64,000 bases of DNA from Acidobacteriota bacterium (GTDB taxonomy: Bacteria; Acidobacteriota; Thermoanaerobaculia; UBA5066; Gp7-AA6): the NCBI GenBank assembly GCA_046725935.1, contig JBKOZO010000084.1:13204-77203 (forward strand), written 5' to 3'. The position numbers and the translations under genes are program-made. Under the pieces are notes generated by a model, which was not told the origin of the DNA, searched no databases, and saw nothing but the letters and a program-made list of their open reading frames with translations. Positions 8,531-17,103 of this stretch are shown here, one piece after another (within the stretch, counting starts at the first letter, position 1; each line of letters starts with the position of its first letter).

Positions 8531-9906
8531 GCGCCCCCGCGCCGCGCGAGGCGGGCGAGCTCGCCCGGGGGCTCAACCTCTGGGACACGACGCTGCTGCT
8601 TCTCGGGAGCGCCATCGGAGGAGGCATCTTCCTCACGCCTTCGGTGATCGCGCGGGCCCTGCCGTCGGAGGCCGCGATCCTGTTCGTTTGGATCGTCGGA
8701 GGCCTACTCACCATCGCCGGCGGCTTCGTCTTCGCCGAGATGGGAGCCATGCTCCCGAAGGCCGGCGGAATGTACATCTACATTCGCGACGCCTTCGGCC
8801 AGTTGCCCTCGTTCCTCTACGCCTGGGTCGCTTACTGGATCATCATCACCGGATCGACCGCCGCCGTGGCCGTGGGATTCGCGGAATACCTCTCGGTCTT
8901 CGCTCCGTCGCTCTCGACCAAACACGTCCTGGCGTCGCTCGGGCCGATCGAGATCTCGGCCGGCCAGCTCGTCGCCGTTGCATTGACCCTCCTCCTGTCG
9001 GCAACGCATTACGTCGGAGTCCGGGAAGGAGCCCGCGTCCAGGGCGCGCTGACCGCCTTGATCGTCCTGGCGCTCCTCGGGTTTGGGATCGGCGGATTCC
9101 TCGCGCCGGCTTCGGCGCAGGCGGCCGCGCTCGCCCCGCCGGGCCTCCCTCCCGTCAGTCTCGCCGGCTTCGGCATCGCGATGATCGCGGTGTTCTGGTG
9201 CTTCTACGGCTGGAACGAGATCGTGGCGGTCGCCGGCGAAGTGGCGCGCCCCGAGCGAAATCTTCCCCTCGCGCTCATCCTCGGCACGTCGCTCATCACG
9301 CTCCTCTATCTCGGCGCCAATGTCGCTTTTCTCAGGGCGATTCCTCCGTGGGAGCTGGCGAACGTGTCGCAGCCGGCGGCGGTCTCCGCGCAACGCTTGT
9401 TCGGCTCGGGCGCGACGCGACTCATCGCGCTGGCCGTGGTCGCCGCCGCGGCGGGCTGCACGTCCGCTGGGCTCGTGCCCGCCCCGCGCGTCGTCTACGC
9501 TCTGGCCAAGGACGGCCTCTTTCCGAAGGCATTCGCGCGCGTGCACCCCCGCTTCCGCACGCCCTCCTTCGCGATCGTGGTCCAGGGCATCTGGATGTCG
9601 CTCCTGTGCGTGTCCGGAAAGTACGAGCAGCTCTACACGTACGCCACGTTCGCCGTGGTCCTCGCGTATGCCGCGACGGGCGTCGCCCTCTTTGTCTTCC
9701 GGCGAAACGCGCCGAACCTCCCGCGCCCGTATCGCTGCTGGGGTTATCCCGTCGTTCCCGCCATCTTCGTCGCCAGCGCGGTGCTCCTGGCGGCGAATAC
9801 GATCCGGGAGCAGCCGAAGGAGACGCTGGCGGGTATCGCGATCATGGCTATCGGAATTCCGTTCTACTTCCTTCAGCGGCGCCGCCGCGATCGGAGCGTG
9901 TCATGA
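8527..9906 (+). CDS. APC-superfamily amino-acid permease
   Basis: TTG 8527 (TTGA overlap with the kce stop) is the only in-frame ATG/GTG/TTG before the first TM helix and after the kce stop; earlier in-frame starts lie inside kce. About 12 hydrophobic segments. N-terminal LNLWDTTLLLLGSAIGGGIF and FAEMGAMLPKAGGMYIY are typical of APC transporters. Confidence 0.85.
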   Translation: MSAPAPREAGELARGLNLWDTTLLLLGSAIGGGIFLTPSVIARALPSEAAILFVWIVGGLLTIAGGFVFAEMGAMLPKAGGMYIYIRDAFGQLPSFLYAWVAYWIIITGSTAAVAVGFAEYLSVFAPSLSTKHVLASLGPIEISAGQLVAVALTLLLSATHYVGVREGARVQGALTALIVLALLGFGIGGFLAPASAQAAALAPPGLPPVSLAGFGIAMIAVFWCFYGWNEIVAVAGEVARPERNLPLALILGTSLITLLYLGANVAFLRAIPPWELANVSQPAAVSAQRLFGSGATRLIALAVVAAAAGCTSAGLVPAPRVVYALAKDGLFPKAFARVHPRFRTPSFAIVVQGIWMSLLCVSGKYEQLYTYATFAVVLAYAATGVALFVFRRNAPNLPRPYRCWGYPVVPAIFVASAVLLAANTIREQPKETLAGIAIMAIGIPFYFLQRRRRDRSVS

Positions 9907-12059
9907 CGGCCGCCCTTCTTCTCGCGATCCTCCTGGCGGCGAGCCCTCCCCCGCCTGACGGCGAAGTCCTGACGGGCTTTTCTCCCGAGCGCGACGCCTG
10001 GCAGCGGGACTACGAGAAGCGGTTTCTGGCGCTTCCCCAGCCCGAAGAGTGCGGGGCGATCCTCCGGGAGCTGACGAAGACGCCGCACCTCGCGGGCACG
10101 GACGGGAACGCCCGAGTCGCCGCGTTCCTGGCGGCGGAATACAAGAAGGCCGGGTTCGACGTGACGACGCCGAGCTACGACGTGCTCCTGTCGTACCCGA
10201 AGAGCGCGAAGCTCGAGATCCTGGGCGAGCCCGGCGTGGCGCTGGGCCGTGGAGAGCCGCCGATCCCGTCGGATCCCGACACGGACGTTCCCGAAGCGGC
10301 GATGCCGTGGAACGCGTACGCGCCGGCGGCGCAGGTCACCGCCGAGGTCGTCTACGTCAACCGCGGGAGCGCCGAAGACTACGACGGCCTCGCGAAGATG
10401 GGCGTGGACGTGCGCGGCAAGATCGCGCTCGCACGCTACTTCGGCGGCTACCGCGGGGGCAAGTCTCTCGAGGCCGAGAAGCGCGGTGTGCTGGCCGTGC
10501 TGGTCTACTCGGATCCGATCGACGACGGCTGGTTCCAGGGCGCCGCCTATCCGGACGGACCCTGGGGACCGTCCGCGCACTTCCAGCGCGGGGCCAACGT
10601 CTACGACTTCATCGTCCCCGGCGACCCGCTGACGCCCGGATGGGCTTCGACCGCCGACGCGAAGAGGATCCCGATGGCGGACTCGGAGATCCTGCCGAAG
10701 ATGCCGATGATGCCCCTCTCGGCGCGGGACGCCGCCGAGATCCTGAAGCGGCTTCGCGGGCCCGCCGTGCCGGAATCTTCGTGGCAGGGGGTCGCGCTTG
10801 CCGACACGTATCACGTGGGTCCGGGCCCGGTGCGCCTGTCGCTCGAGATCGATAACACCCGCGAGCGCCGCAGGATCACCAACGTCATCGCGACGCTCAA
10901 GGGCACCGACGAGCCCGACCGGAAGATCCTGCTCTCCAATCACTACGACGCCTGGGTCTACGGAGCGGTGGATCCCTCCTCCGGCACCGCCGCGATGCTG
11001 TCGCTGGGCCGCGCGCTCGGCAGGCTCGCCGCCGACGGATGGCGGCCGCGGCGAACGATCGTCATTGCCTCGTGGGACGCCGAGGAGTACACCCTGACGG
11101 GCTCGACGGAGTGGGGCGAGGAGAACGAGAAGGACCTGAAGAAGAACGCCGTCGTCTGCATCAACGTGGACGAGGCGACCCACGGCCGCAACTTTTCCCC
11201 GTCCGCCTCTCCCCTGCTCTTCCGCGCGATCCGCGAGGCCGCCCGCGATCTCCCCGATCCCTCCGACCCCAAACGCAGCCTCGCCGACGCCTGGCGCGCC
11301 AACGCCGGTTTCATCGGCGTGCAGAGCTACGCGACCTCGACTGGGGTGAGCGAGGAGCTTCCGGTCGCGGTCCTGGGCAGCGGCTCGGACTACACGGTCT
11401 TCTTCAACCATATCGGCGTGGCGTCGACCGATCTCGTGTTCGACGGCCCTTACGGCGTCTACCACTCGGTTTACGACACGTACGAATGGATGGCGAAGCA
11501 GGGCGACCCGGGCTTCCTCTACCACGCGGCGATGGCGAAGTACGCCGGTCTTCTGGCCTTGCGATTCGCCAACGCCGACACGCTGCCTTTCGACGGGGCG
11601 GCGTACGGTCTCGAGATCGCCCGTTATGCCGACGAGCTGCGGGCCCTCCCCGCGGCGTCTCCGCACTCGGTCGCACTGTCCGCGCTCGCGCAGAAGGCCC
11701 GCGCCTGGAGCGCCGCCGCCGGGCTGGCGCAGAAGGCGATCTTCACGCGCCTTCACGAGCGGCGGACGCCTCCGCCGGACTTCAAGGACGCCAATACCTG
11801 GCTGCTGTCGCTCGAGCGCGCGGTCCTGGACGCTCCGGGAATCCCGGGACGTCCGTGGTTCCGGCACCTCGTGTACGGGCCTTTGCCGTCCTACCGCGCC
11901 GAGACCCTGCCCGCGATCCGTGAAGCGATCGTCGAGGGGCGCTCGGAGTTTGCGGGCCTCCAGATCCGGCGGCTCGGAGACCGGCTCGACGCCGCGACGG
12001 CGGCGGCAAAGGCCGCGTTCGGTGGACCCGCTCCGCGCCCGACGCCGCGAAGAAAGTAG
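9903..12059 (+). CDS. Exported M28 metallopeptidase of the glutamate carboxypeptidase II / PSMA (PA-M28-TfR-like) type
   Basis: ATG 9903 (ATGA overlap). 718 aa. Signal peptide MTAALLLAILLAASPPP. Motifs IASWDAEEY, GSGSDYTVFFNHIG and C-terminal GRPWFRHLVYGP resemble GCPII/NAALADase. Confidence 0.85.
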   Translation: MTAALLLAILLAASPPPPDGEVLTGFSPERDAWQRDYEKRFLALPQPEECGAILRELTKTPHLAGTDGNARVAAFLAAEYKKAGFDVTTPSYDVLLSYPKSAKLEILGEPGVALGRGEPPIPSDPDTDVPEAAMPWNAYAPAAQVTAEVVYVNRGSAEDYDGLAKMGVDVRGKIALARYFGGYRGGKSLEAEKRGVLAVLVYSDPIDDGWFQGAAYPDGPWGPSAHFQRGANVYDFIVPGDPLTPGWASTADAKRIPMADSEILPKMPMMPLSARDAAEILKRLRGPAVPESSWQGVALADTYHVGPGPVRLSLEIDNTRERRRITNVIATLKGTDEPDRKILLSNHYDAWVYGAVDPSSGTAAMLSLGRALGRLAADGWRPRRTIVIASWDAEEYTLTGSTEWGEENEKDLKKNAVVCINVDEATHGRNFSPSASPLLFRAIREAARDLPDPSDPKRSLADAWRANAGFIGVQSYATSTGVSEELPVAVLGSGSDYTVFFNHIGVASTDLVFDGPYGVYHSVYDTYEWMAKQGDPGFLYHAAMAKYAGLLALRFANADTLPFDGAAYGLEIARYADELRALPAASPHSVALSALAQKARAWSAAAGLAQKAIFTRLHERRTPPPDFKDANTWLLSLERAVLDAPGIPGRPWFRHLVYGPLPSYRAETLPAIREAIVEGRSEFAGLQIRRLGDRLDAATAAAKAAFGGPAPRPTPRRK

Positions 12060-12072
12060 CGAACGCCCGGCT

Positions 12073-12810
12073 CTAGCGAGTGACGACGGTCGCCGCCGCC
12101 GGAGCCGGCTCGCCGGGCGTGTCCGCCGCGGGCATCGGCTGCCACCATCCGAGGATCCGGTTCACGTAGGACACGGTCTCGCGATAGGGCGGCACGCCGC
12201 CGTATGTCTCGACCGCGCCCTCGCCCGCGTTGTAGGCCGCCAGCACCAGCTCGGGCCGATGGCCGAAGCGGTCGACCAGCTCGCGAAGGTAGCGCACGCC
12301 GCCCCGCACGTTGGAGGCCGGGTCGAAGGGTTTCTTCACCTCGAGCCGACGGGCCGTCGCGGGCATGAGCTGCATCAGGCCTCTCGCGCCTTTCCGCGAC
12401 ACGGCCCGCGGCTGATAGTTCGACTCGGCCCGAATCAGGGCCGAGACCATGGACGAGTCCAGGTTCGCGCGGCGAGACTCTTCCTCGATGAGCGCGTCGT
12501 AGGGAGTCGAGAAGAGCGGCCTGCGATCCGGGCGGTACGAGAGGTCGGCGACGACCACGCGCGCGGTTTCGTCCTGGACGACCACGGTATCCACCACGAC
12601 TTCGTCATCCACGATCCGCTCCACACGGTCGAGGTCCACCAGGTAGCTGCCGCCGCCGGGAAGCGAGATCTCCAGCTGTTCGGAGAGGACCCGGTAGCCG
12701 GCGGCCTTCACCACCCGGCCGTCCTCGAAGACGACCAGCTCCGCCCGGGCCGCGGGCGCGGCGAGGCACGACACACAGGCGAACCCCGCCAGGGCAGTAA
12801 AACGGCGCAT
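12073..12810 (-). CDS. Lytic transglycosylase (SLT domain), exported
   Basis: SLT catalytic region IRAESNYQPRAVSRKGARGLMQLMP...LAAYNAGEGAV. ATG 12810 yields the signal peptide MRRFTALAGFACVSCLAAPAARA. GTG 12864 (GTGA overlap with the xerD stop) is the alternative start. Confidence 0.85.
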   Translation of the reverse strand: MRRFTALAGFACVSCLAAPAARAELVVFEDGRVVKAAGYRVLSEQLEISLPGGGSYLVDLDRVERIVDDEVVVDTVVVQDETARVVVADLSYRPDRRPLFSTPYDALIEEESRRANLDSSMVSALIRAESNYQPRAVSRKGARGLMQLMPATARRLEVKKPFDPASNVRGGVRYLRELVDRFGHRPELVLAAYNAGEGAVETYGGVPPYRETVSYVNRILGWWQPMPAADTPGEPAPAAATVVTR

Positions 12811-12860
12811 TCGGGAGCCGAAACCCGCCCCGCCGCCGGGGCATTCCGAAAACGGGGCCT

Positions 12861-13733
12861 TCACCGCCCCATTTTCGCACGCCCGGCCCGGCCCGCCCGG
12901 GGGTGGTACCGGTCGTAGACCCGCCGGAGCCGGCCCCGCGAAACCTGCGTGTAGACCTGCGTGGTCGCGATGTCGGCGTGCCCGAGCATCATCTGGAGGG
13001 CCCGAAGATCCGCCCCGTGCTCGAGCAGGTGGGTCGCAAACGAGTGCCTCAGGGAGTGGGGCGTGAAAGGGGTCCGGATGCCGGCCTCGCGTCCGTAACC
13101 GTCGATGAGCTGCCAGAAGCGTTGCCGGGTCATCGCACCGCCGCGGGTCGTCAGGAAGAGCGCCGGAGAGCGCTTCGCGTCCAAGGCCGGACGCGCGACG
13201 TCGAGATACCGGGACAGCCAGCGCGCCGCCGACTTGCCGAACGGGACGAGGCGCTCCTTGCCTCCCTTTCCTCGGACCCGCAGGATCCCGGCCTCCAGGT
13301 CCGGAGCGTCCTTGGGGAGACCCACGATCTCCGACACGCGCAGGCCCGAGGCGTAGAGGAGCTCGAGCATCGCGCGATCGCGCAGGCCCAGAGGCCCCGA
13401 AGCGTCGGGCGTATCGAGCAGCGCCTCCACCTCCCGCTCCGACAGTGCCTTGGGCAGCGCGAGGCCCGCCTTGGGGCTCGCCATGTCCGCCGTCGGATCC
13501 TGCTCGAAGCCGAGATGGGCCGCGGCGAATCCGTAAAAGCCCCGCACTGCGGAGAGAGACCTCGCCGTCGAACGCGAGGACAGGCCCCGCGATCTCAGGT
13601 GCGCCAGGTACCGGCCCAGGTCCGACCGCGACGTCTTCGACGCGGCGAGCCCGCGCGAGGCGAGGAAACGTCCGAACGCCTCGAGGTCGCTGCGGTACGC
13701 GGCGACGCTCGCCGGCGAGAGTCCGCGTTCCAC
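12861..13733 (-). CDS. xerD: Tyrosine site-specific recombinase XerD/XerC family
   Basis: 290 aa from GTG 13733. Motifs RDRAMLELLYASGLRVSE, HSLRHSFATHLL, LGHADIATTQVYT. The true N-terminus is probably upstream of the first canonical start (see findings). Confidence 0.85.
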   Translation of the reverse strand: MERGLSPASVAAYRSDLEAFGRFLASRGLAASKTSRSDLGRYLAHLRSRGLSSRSTARSLSAVRGFYGFAAAHLGFEQDPTADMASPKAGLALPKALSEREVEALLDTPDASGPLGLRDRAMLELLYASGLRVSEIVGLPKDAPDLEAGILRVRGKGGKERLVPFGKSAARWLSRYLDVARPALDAKRSPALFLTTRGGAMTRQRFWQLIDGYGREAGIRTPFTPHSLRHSFATHLLEHGADLRALQMMLGHADIATTQVYTQVSRGRLRRVYDRYHPRAGRAGRAKMGR

Positions 13734-13827
13734 GGAGAGGTGATCCAGATACGTCGGCAGCTCCCGGTCGAGGAAGGACGAGGTCGGAGCGGGCGGTTTC
13801 GAAGGGCGCGGGCTGCGGCGGGTCTTT

Positions 13828-15096
13828 CTAATGGGTCGTCGCGGCGGGCGCGAAGCGCTGGACGACCTCGAGGACTTCGTCGTCCAGGAGCACGTGGTCG
13901 CTCTCCTTCGCGCGGCGGAAGATCGCGTCCACGAGCTCGGGGCGCGGCTCGATACCGCGGCTCTCCAGCCAGCACTGCACGTTGGACAGCCCGCTCATCG
14001 GGCCGACCTCGATGATCTGGTGACGGCCGATCATGCTCGCCGGCACGCCCGAGTAGACGCGGTCGGAGAGCCATTCGTCGCCTTTCTTGCGCGCCTTGAT
14101 GATCGCGGCGGCATGCACACCGGTCCCCGTGCGGAAGGCGTCCTTGCCGACGATCGGGTAGTTGTCGGGGATCCGGACCGCGGTCGCTTCGGAAACGGCC
14201 GAACAGTAGTCGTGGAGCCGCGTCAGATCGCGGTCGATCCAGCCCAGCAGCTGCAGGTTGACGAGGAGCTGGTCCATCGGCGTGTTGCCGACCCGCTCGC
14301 CGATTCCGAGGGCGCACGCGTGCACGCGGTGTGCGCCGGCTTCCAGCGCCCAGAGCGCGTTGGTCACCCCGAGCCCGCGGTCCTGATGGCCGTGCCAGTC
14401 CACCTTGACCTCGGGGTCGATCTCGTCCGCGACGGAGCAGACGAACTTCACGAGGTTGCGGACGCCGTCGGGCGTGGCGTGGCCGACGGTGTCGCACACG
14501 CAGACGCGCTTGGCCCCCGCGCGGATCGCCGTGGAATACATGCGCCGGATGTGGTCCGGCTGCGCGCGCGTCGTGTCCTCTGTGACGTACATGACCGGCA
14601 GCCCCTCGCGCACCGCCAGCGAGACGGCGTCCTCGGAGAGCTTGAGCATCCGGTCGAAATCCCAGTCCTCGGCGTACTGGCGGATCGGCGAGGAACCGAT
14701 GAAGCAGGCGACCTCGATCGGAATGCCGACCTTCTGCGAGATCTCGATGATCGGAACGATGTCCGCTGCCACGGTGCGCGCCGCGCAATTGGGGCGGATC
14801 TTCATCTTGGACCGGACGATTTCCTGGGCCAGCCGCGTGACCGTTTCCACCACGTGCGGGCCGGCGCCCGGCAGACCGATGTCGGCGGAGTCGATCCCGA
14901 GAGCTTCCATCAGGTGGAGGATCCGGATCTTCTGTTCGAGCGACGGGCTCCGGACCGATGGAGACTGCAGGCCGTCGCGCAGAGTCTCGTCGTCGAGCTC
15001 AACTCGTCCCCGTGCCGGGACGGCCGTGCCGCCGGCGCGGTTCCAGTCGTAAATCAGTTCGGAGTCCGATGGGTGCACGGCGCGCTCGTCCATCAC
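13828..15096 (-). CDS. 2-isopropylmalate / homocitrate synthase family (DRE-TIM) enzyme, short form
   Basis: 422 aa (GTG 15096 or ATG 15093). Motifs ETLRDGLQSPS, VCDTVGHATP, HGHQDRGLGVTNAL, GIGERVGNTPMD. Its length suggests no LeuA C-terminal regulatory domain. Confidence 0.8.
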   Translation of the reverse strand: MMDERAVHPSDSELIYDWNRAGGTAVPARGRVELDDETLRDGLQSPSVRSPSLEQKIRILHLMEALGIDSADIGLPGAGPHVVETVTRLAQEIVRSKMKIRPNCAARTVAADIVPIIEISQKVGIPIEVACFIGSSPIRQYAEDWDFDRMLKLSEDAVSLAVREGLPVMYVTEDTTRAQPDHIRRMYSTAIRAGAKRVCVCDTVGHATPDGVRNLVKFVCSVADEIDPEVKVDWHGHQDRGLGVTNALWALEAGAHRVHACALGIGERVGNTPMDQLLVNLQLLGWIDRDLTRLHDYCSAVSEATAVRIPDNYPIVGKDAFRTGTGVHAAAIIKARKKGDEWLSDRVYSGVPASMIGRHQIIEVGPMSGLSNVQCWLESRGIEPRPELVDAIFRRAKESDHVLLDDEVLEVVQRFAPAATTH

Positions 15097-15132
15097 GATT
15101 TTATCACCCGGGTCCGCACGCGCCGGGCCGCC

Positions 15133-15912
15133 CTAACGTCCCGTGAAGCGGGCCGGACGCTTCTCGAGGAATGCCGTCATGCCCTCTTTCGTGTCCGTGG
15201 TCGCGGCGCACAAACCGAAAAGAGTCGCCTCGAGGCCCAGACCCTCGGCAAGCGGCATTTCGAGGCCCCGATGGATCGCCTCGATGACGTAGCGGCAGGC
15301 GACGGGCCCGTTGGCGAGGATCGCCTTCCCCATCTCGCGGGCCGCCGCGAGAGCCTGCCCGGCCGGCACGACCCGGTTGACGAGTCCGATGCGATAGGCC
15401 TCGGCCGCGTCGATCTGCTCGGCGGTCAGGCAGAGCTGCATCGCCCGGCCCTTACCCACCAGACGGGCGAGGCGCTGGGATCCGCCGTACCCCGGAAGGA
15501 TCCCGAGCTTGACCTCGGGTTGGCCGAAGCGCGCGTTCTCCGCGGCGATCCGGATCGTGCACGCCAGCGCCAGCTCGCACCCACCACCCAGGGCGTAGCC
15601 GTTGACCGCGGCGATGACGGGCTTTCCGAGCGTCTCGAGCTTGGCCAGGACCGCCTGGCCTTTCAGCGCGTGCTCGCGCCCCTCCACGGGGGAGAGCTTC
15701 GCGAGCTCGCCGATGTCGGCTCCAGCGATGAAGGCCTTCTCTCCCGCGCCGGTGATGACGACGACGCCGACCGACTCGTCCGCGCGCGCTTGGTCGAGGG
15801 CGCGGTCGAGGGCCGCCATCACTTCGGAGTTCAGCGCGTTCAGCTTCTCCGGACGGTGGATCGTCAGCGTCCGGATGCGGTCCGAGGTCTCGACCAGGAC
15901 GAGCTCGCTCAC
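15133..15912 (-). CDS. Enoyl-CoA hydratase (crotonase)
   Basis: 259 aa. Crotonase motifs KAFIAGADI, VIAAVNGYALGGGCELALAC. GTG start overlaps the hbd stop (GTGA). Confidence 0.9.
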   Translation of the reverse strand: MSELVLVETSDRIRTLTIHRPEKLNALNSEVMAALDRALDQARADESVGVVVITGAGEKAFIAGADIGELAKLSPVEGREHALKGQAVLAKLETLGKPVIAAVNGYALGGGCELALACTIRIAAENARFGQPEVKLGILPGYGGSQRLARLVGKGRAMQLCLTAEQIDAAEAYRIGLVNRVVPAGQALAAAREMGKAILANGPVACRYVIEAIHRGLEMPLAEGLGLEATLFGLCAATTDTKEGMTAFLEKRPARFTGR

Positions 15913-16769
15913 TTCTCCCCTCCGTAGTCGTAGAAGCCGCGGCCGGACTTGCGGCCGTACCGTCCGGCCAGGACCATGCGCTTCAAGAGCGGCGGCGGAG
16001 CGAAGCGCTGCTCGCGGTACTCGTCGAACATGATCTCGGCGATCGCGTAGGTCGTGTCGAGGCCCACGAAGTCCAGCAGCTTCAGCGGCCCCATCGGATG
16101 CCCGCAGCCGAGCTCCATGCCCTTGTCGATGTCCTCTTTCGTCCCGACGCCGGCCTCCAGCGCCCGCACGGCGTCCAGGATGTAGGGAACCAGCAGGCGA
16201 TTCACGATGAAGCCCGAGTTGTCCTGGGTGCGGATGGGCTCCTTGCCGAGCGACTTGGCGAAGTCGAAGACGATCTGGAAGGTCTCCTCCGACGTCGCGA
16301 TCGTCCGGACGACTTCGACGAGCTTCATGACCGGGACCGGGTTGAAGAAGTGGAGCCCGGCGAAACGGTCGGGGCGGGAGGTCGCCGCGGCGAGCTCGGT
16401 GATCGTCAGCGACGAAGTGTTCGAGCAGAAAATCGTGTCTCGCTTGCAGATTCCGTCGAGCGTCTTGTAGGTCTCCTTCTTGACGTCGAGGTTTTCGACG
16501 ATGGCCTCCAGGACGATGTCGCAGTCGGACAGGTCCTCGAGCTTCGTCGTGGATGCAATGCGCGCCCGGGCCGCGTCCCTATCGGCCGCCGGGAGCTTGC
16601 CCTTCTCCACCGCTTTCCCGAGCGAGGCTTCGATTTTCCCGATGCCCTTCTTCACGAGGTCCTCGCTGACCTCACGGACGACCGTCGCGTAACCCGCTTT
16701 CGCGCAGACCTCGGCGATGCCCGAGCCCATCAGGCCCGCGCCCAGGACACCGACTTTACGAATCGCCAT
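15909..16769 (-). CDS. hbd: 3-hydroxybutyryl-CoA dehydrogenase
   Basis: 286 aa. NAD motif VGVLGAGLMGSGIAEV, SNTSSL, and a C-terminal 3-hydroxyacyl-CoA dehydrogenase domain (GFIVNRLL). Confidence 0.9.
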   Translation of the reverse strand: MAIRKVGVLGAGLMGSGIAEVCAKAGYATVVREVSEDLVKKGIGKIEASLGKAVEKGKLPAADRDAARARIASTTKLEDLSDCDIVLEAIVENLDVKKETYKTLDGICKRDTIFCSNTSSLTITELAAATSRPDRFAGLHFFNPVPVMKLVEVVRTIATSEETFQIVFDFAKSLGKEPIRTQDNSGFIVNRLLVPYILDAVRALEAGVGTKEDIDKGMELGCGHPMGPLKLLDFVGLDTTYAIAEIMFDEYREQRFAPPPLLKRMVLAGRYGRKSGRGFYDYGGEK

Positions 16770-17103
16770 CGCTCTTCGAATCCTCCTCTTTCCGGGCCGG
16801 CGATCCCGGCTCGATCTCGATCTCGTGTCCGGCCTCCTCGGGCTCGCCGCAGAAGTTGCGCAGCGTCAGGGTTTGCACGAAGGCCGGACCCGTCAGAGCC
16901 AGGGTCGGCGTGGACGGCGCCACCACGATCCAGCCGTTCTCGGTCCAGTGACGCAGCGCCTGCCGGCAGAGGCCCCCCTCGTTCAGCGTCGTCATCACGG
17001 CGTTCAGGTCTCCGGTTCCGCGGGCGCGCAGGTCGCGCAGGAAGTCGTCCACCGCGGCGGCGCGGACCGGGAAATCGAGGATCCGCTCCGTCCAGTTCAT
17101 CAA
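16756..17103 (-). CDS. Hypothetical cytoplasmic protein (about 115 aa)
   Basis: TTG 17103 / ATG 17100 overlap the stop of the upstream gene (TTGATG). The 3' end overlaps the hbd start by 14 nt. Codon-by-codon reading shows strong G/C third positions in this frame. It has an acidic Ser/Asp/Glu tail. No family recognised. Confidence 0.6.
   Translation of the reverse strand: MMNWTERILDFPVRAAAVDDFLRDLRARGTGDLNAVMTTLNEGGLCRQALRHWTENGWIVVAPSTPTLALTGPAFVQTLTLRNFCGEPEEAGHEIEIEPGSPARKEEDSKSDGDS

Noticed and set aside
12861-13733. xerD as marker of an integrated mobile element or genomic island.
   Set aside because: The gene has housekeeping XerC/D-type motifs and sits inside a same-strand operon-like run. 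No flanking direct repeats, tRNA, phage, IS or conjugation genes are nearby.
13831-15927. 698-aa plus ORF. Other large antisense ORFs include 16098..17900, 18555..20210, 22187..23602, 27119..29356, 36877..38331, 38201..41044, 53551..54894, 56435..58705 and 62668..63996.
   Set aside because: Each lies opposite a gene with clear family motifs and shows Arg/Gly/Asp/Pro-rich composition without motifs. They are treated as GC-driven shadow ORFs.
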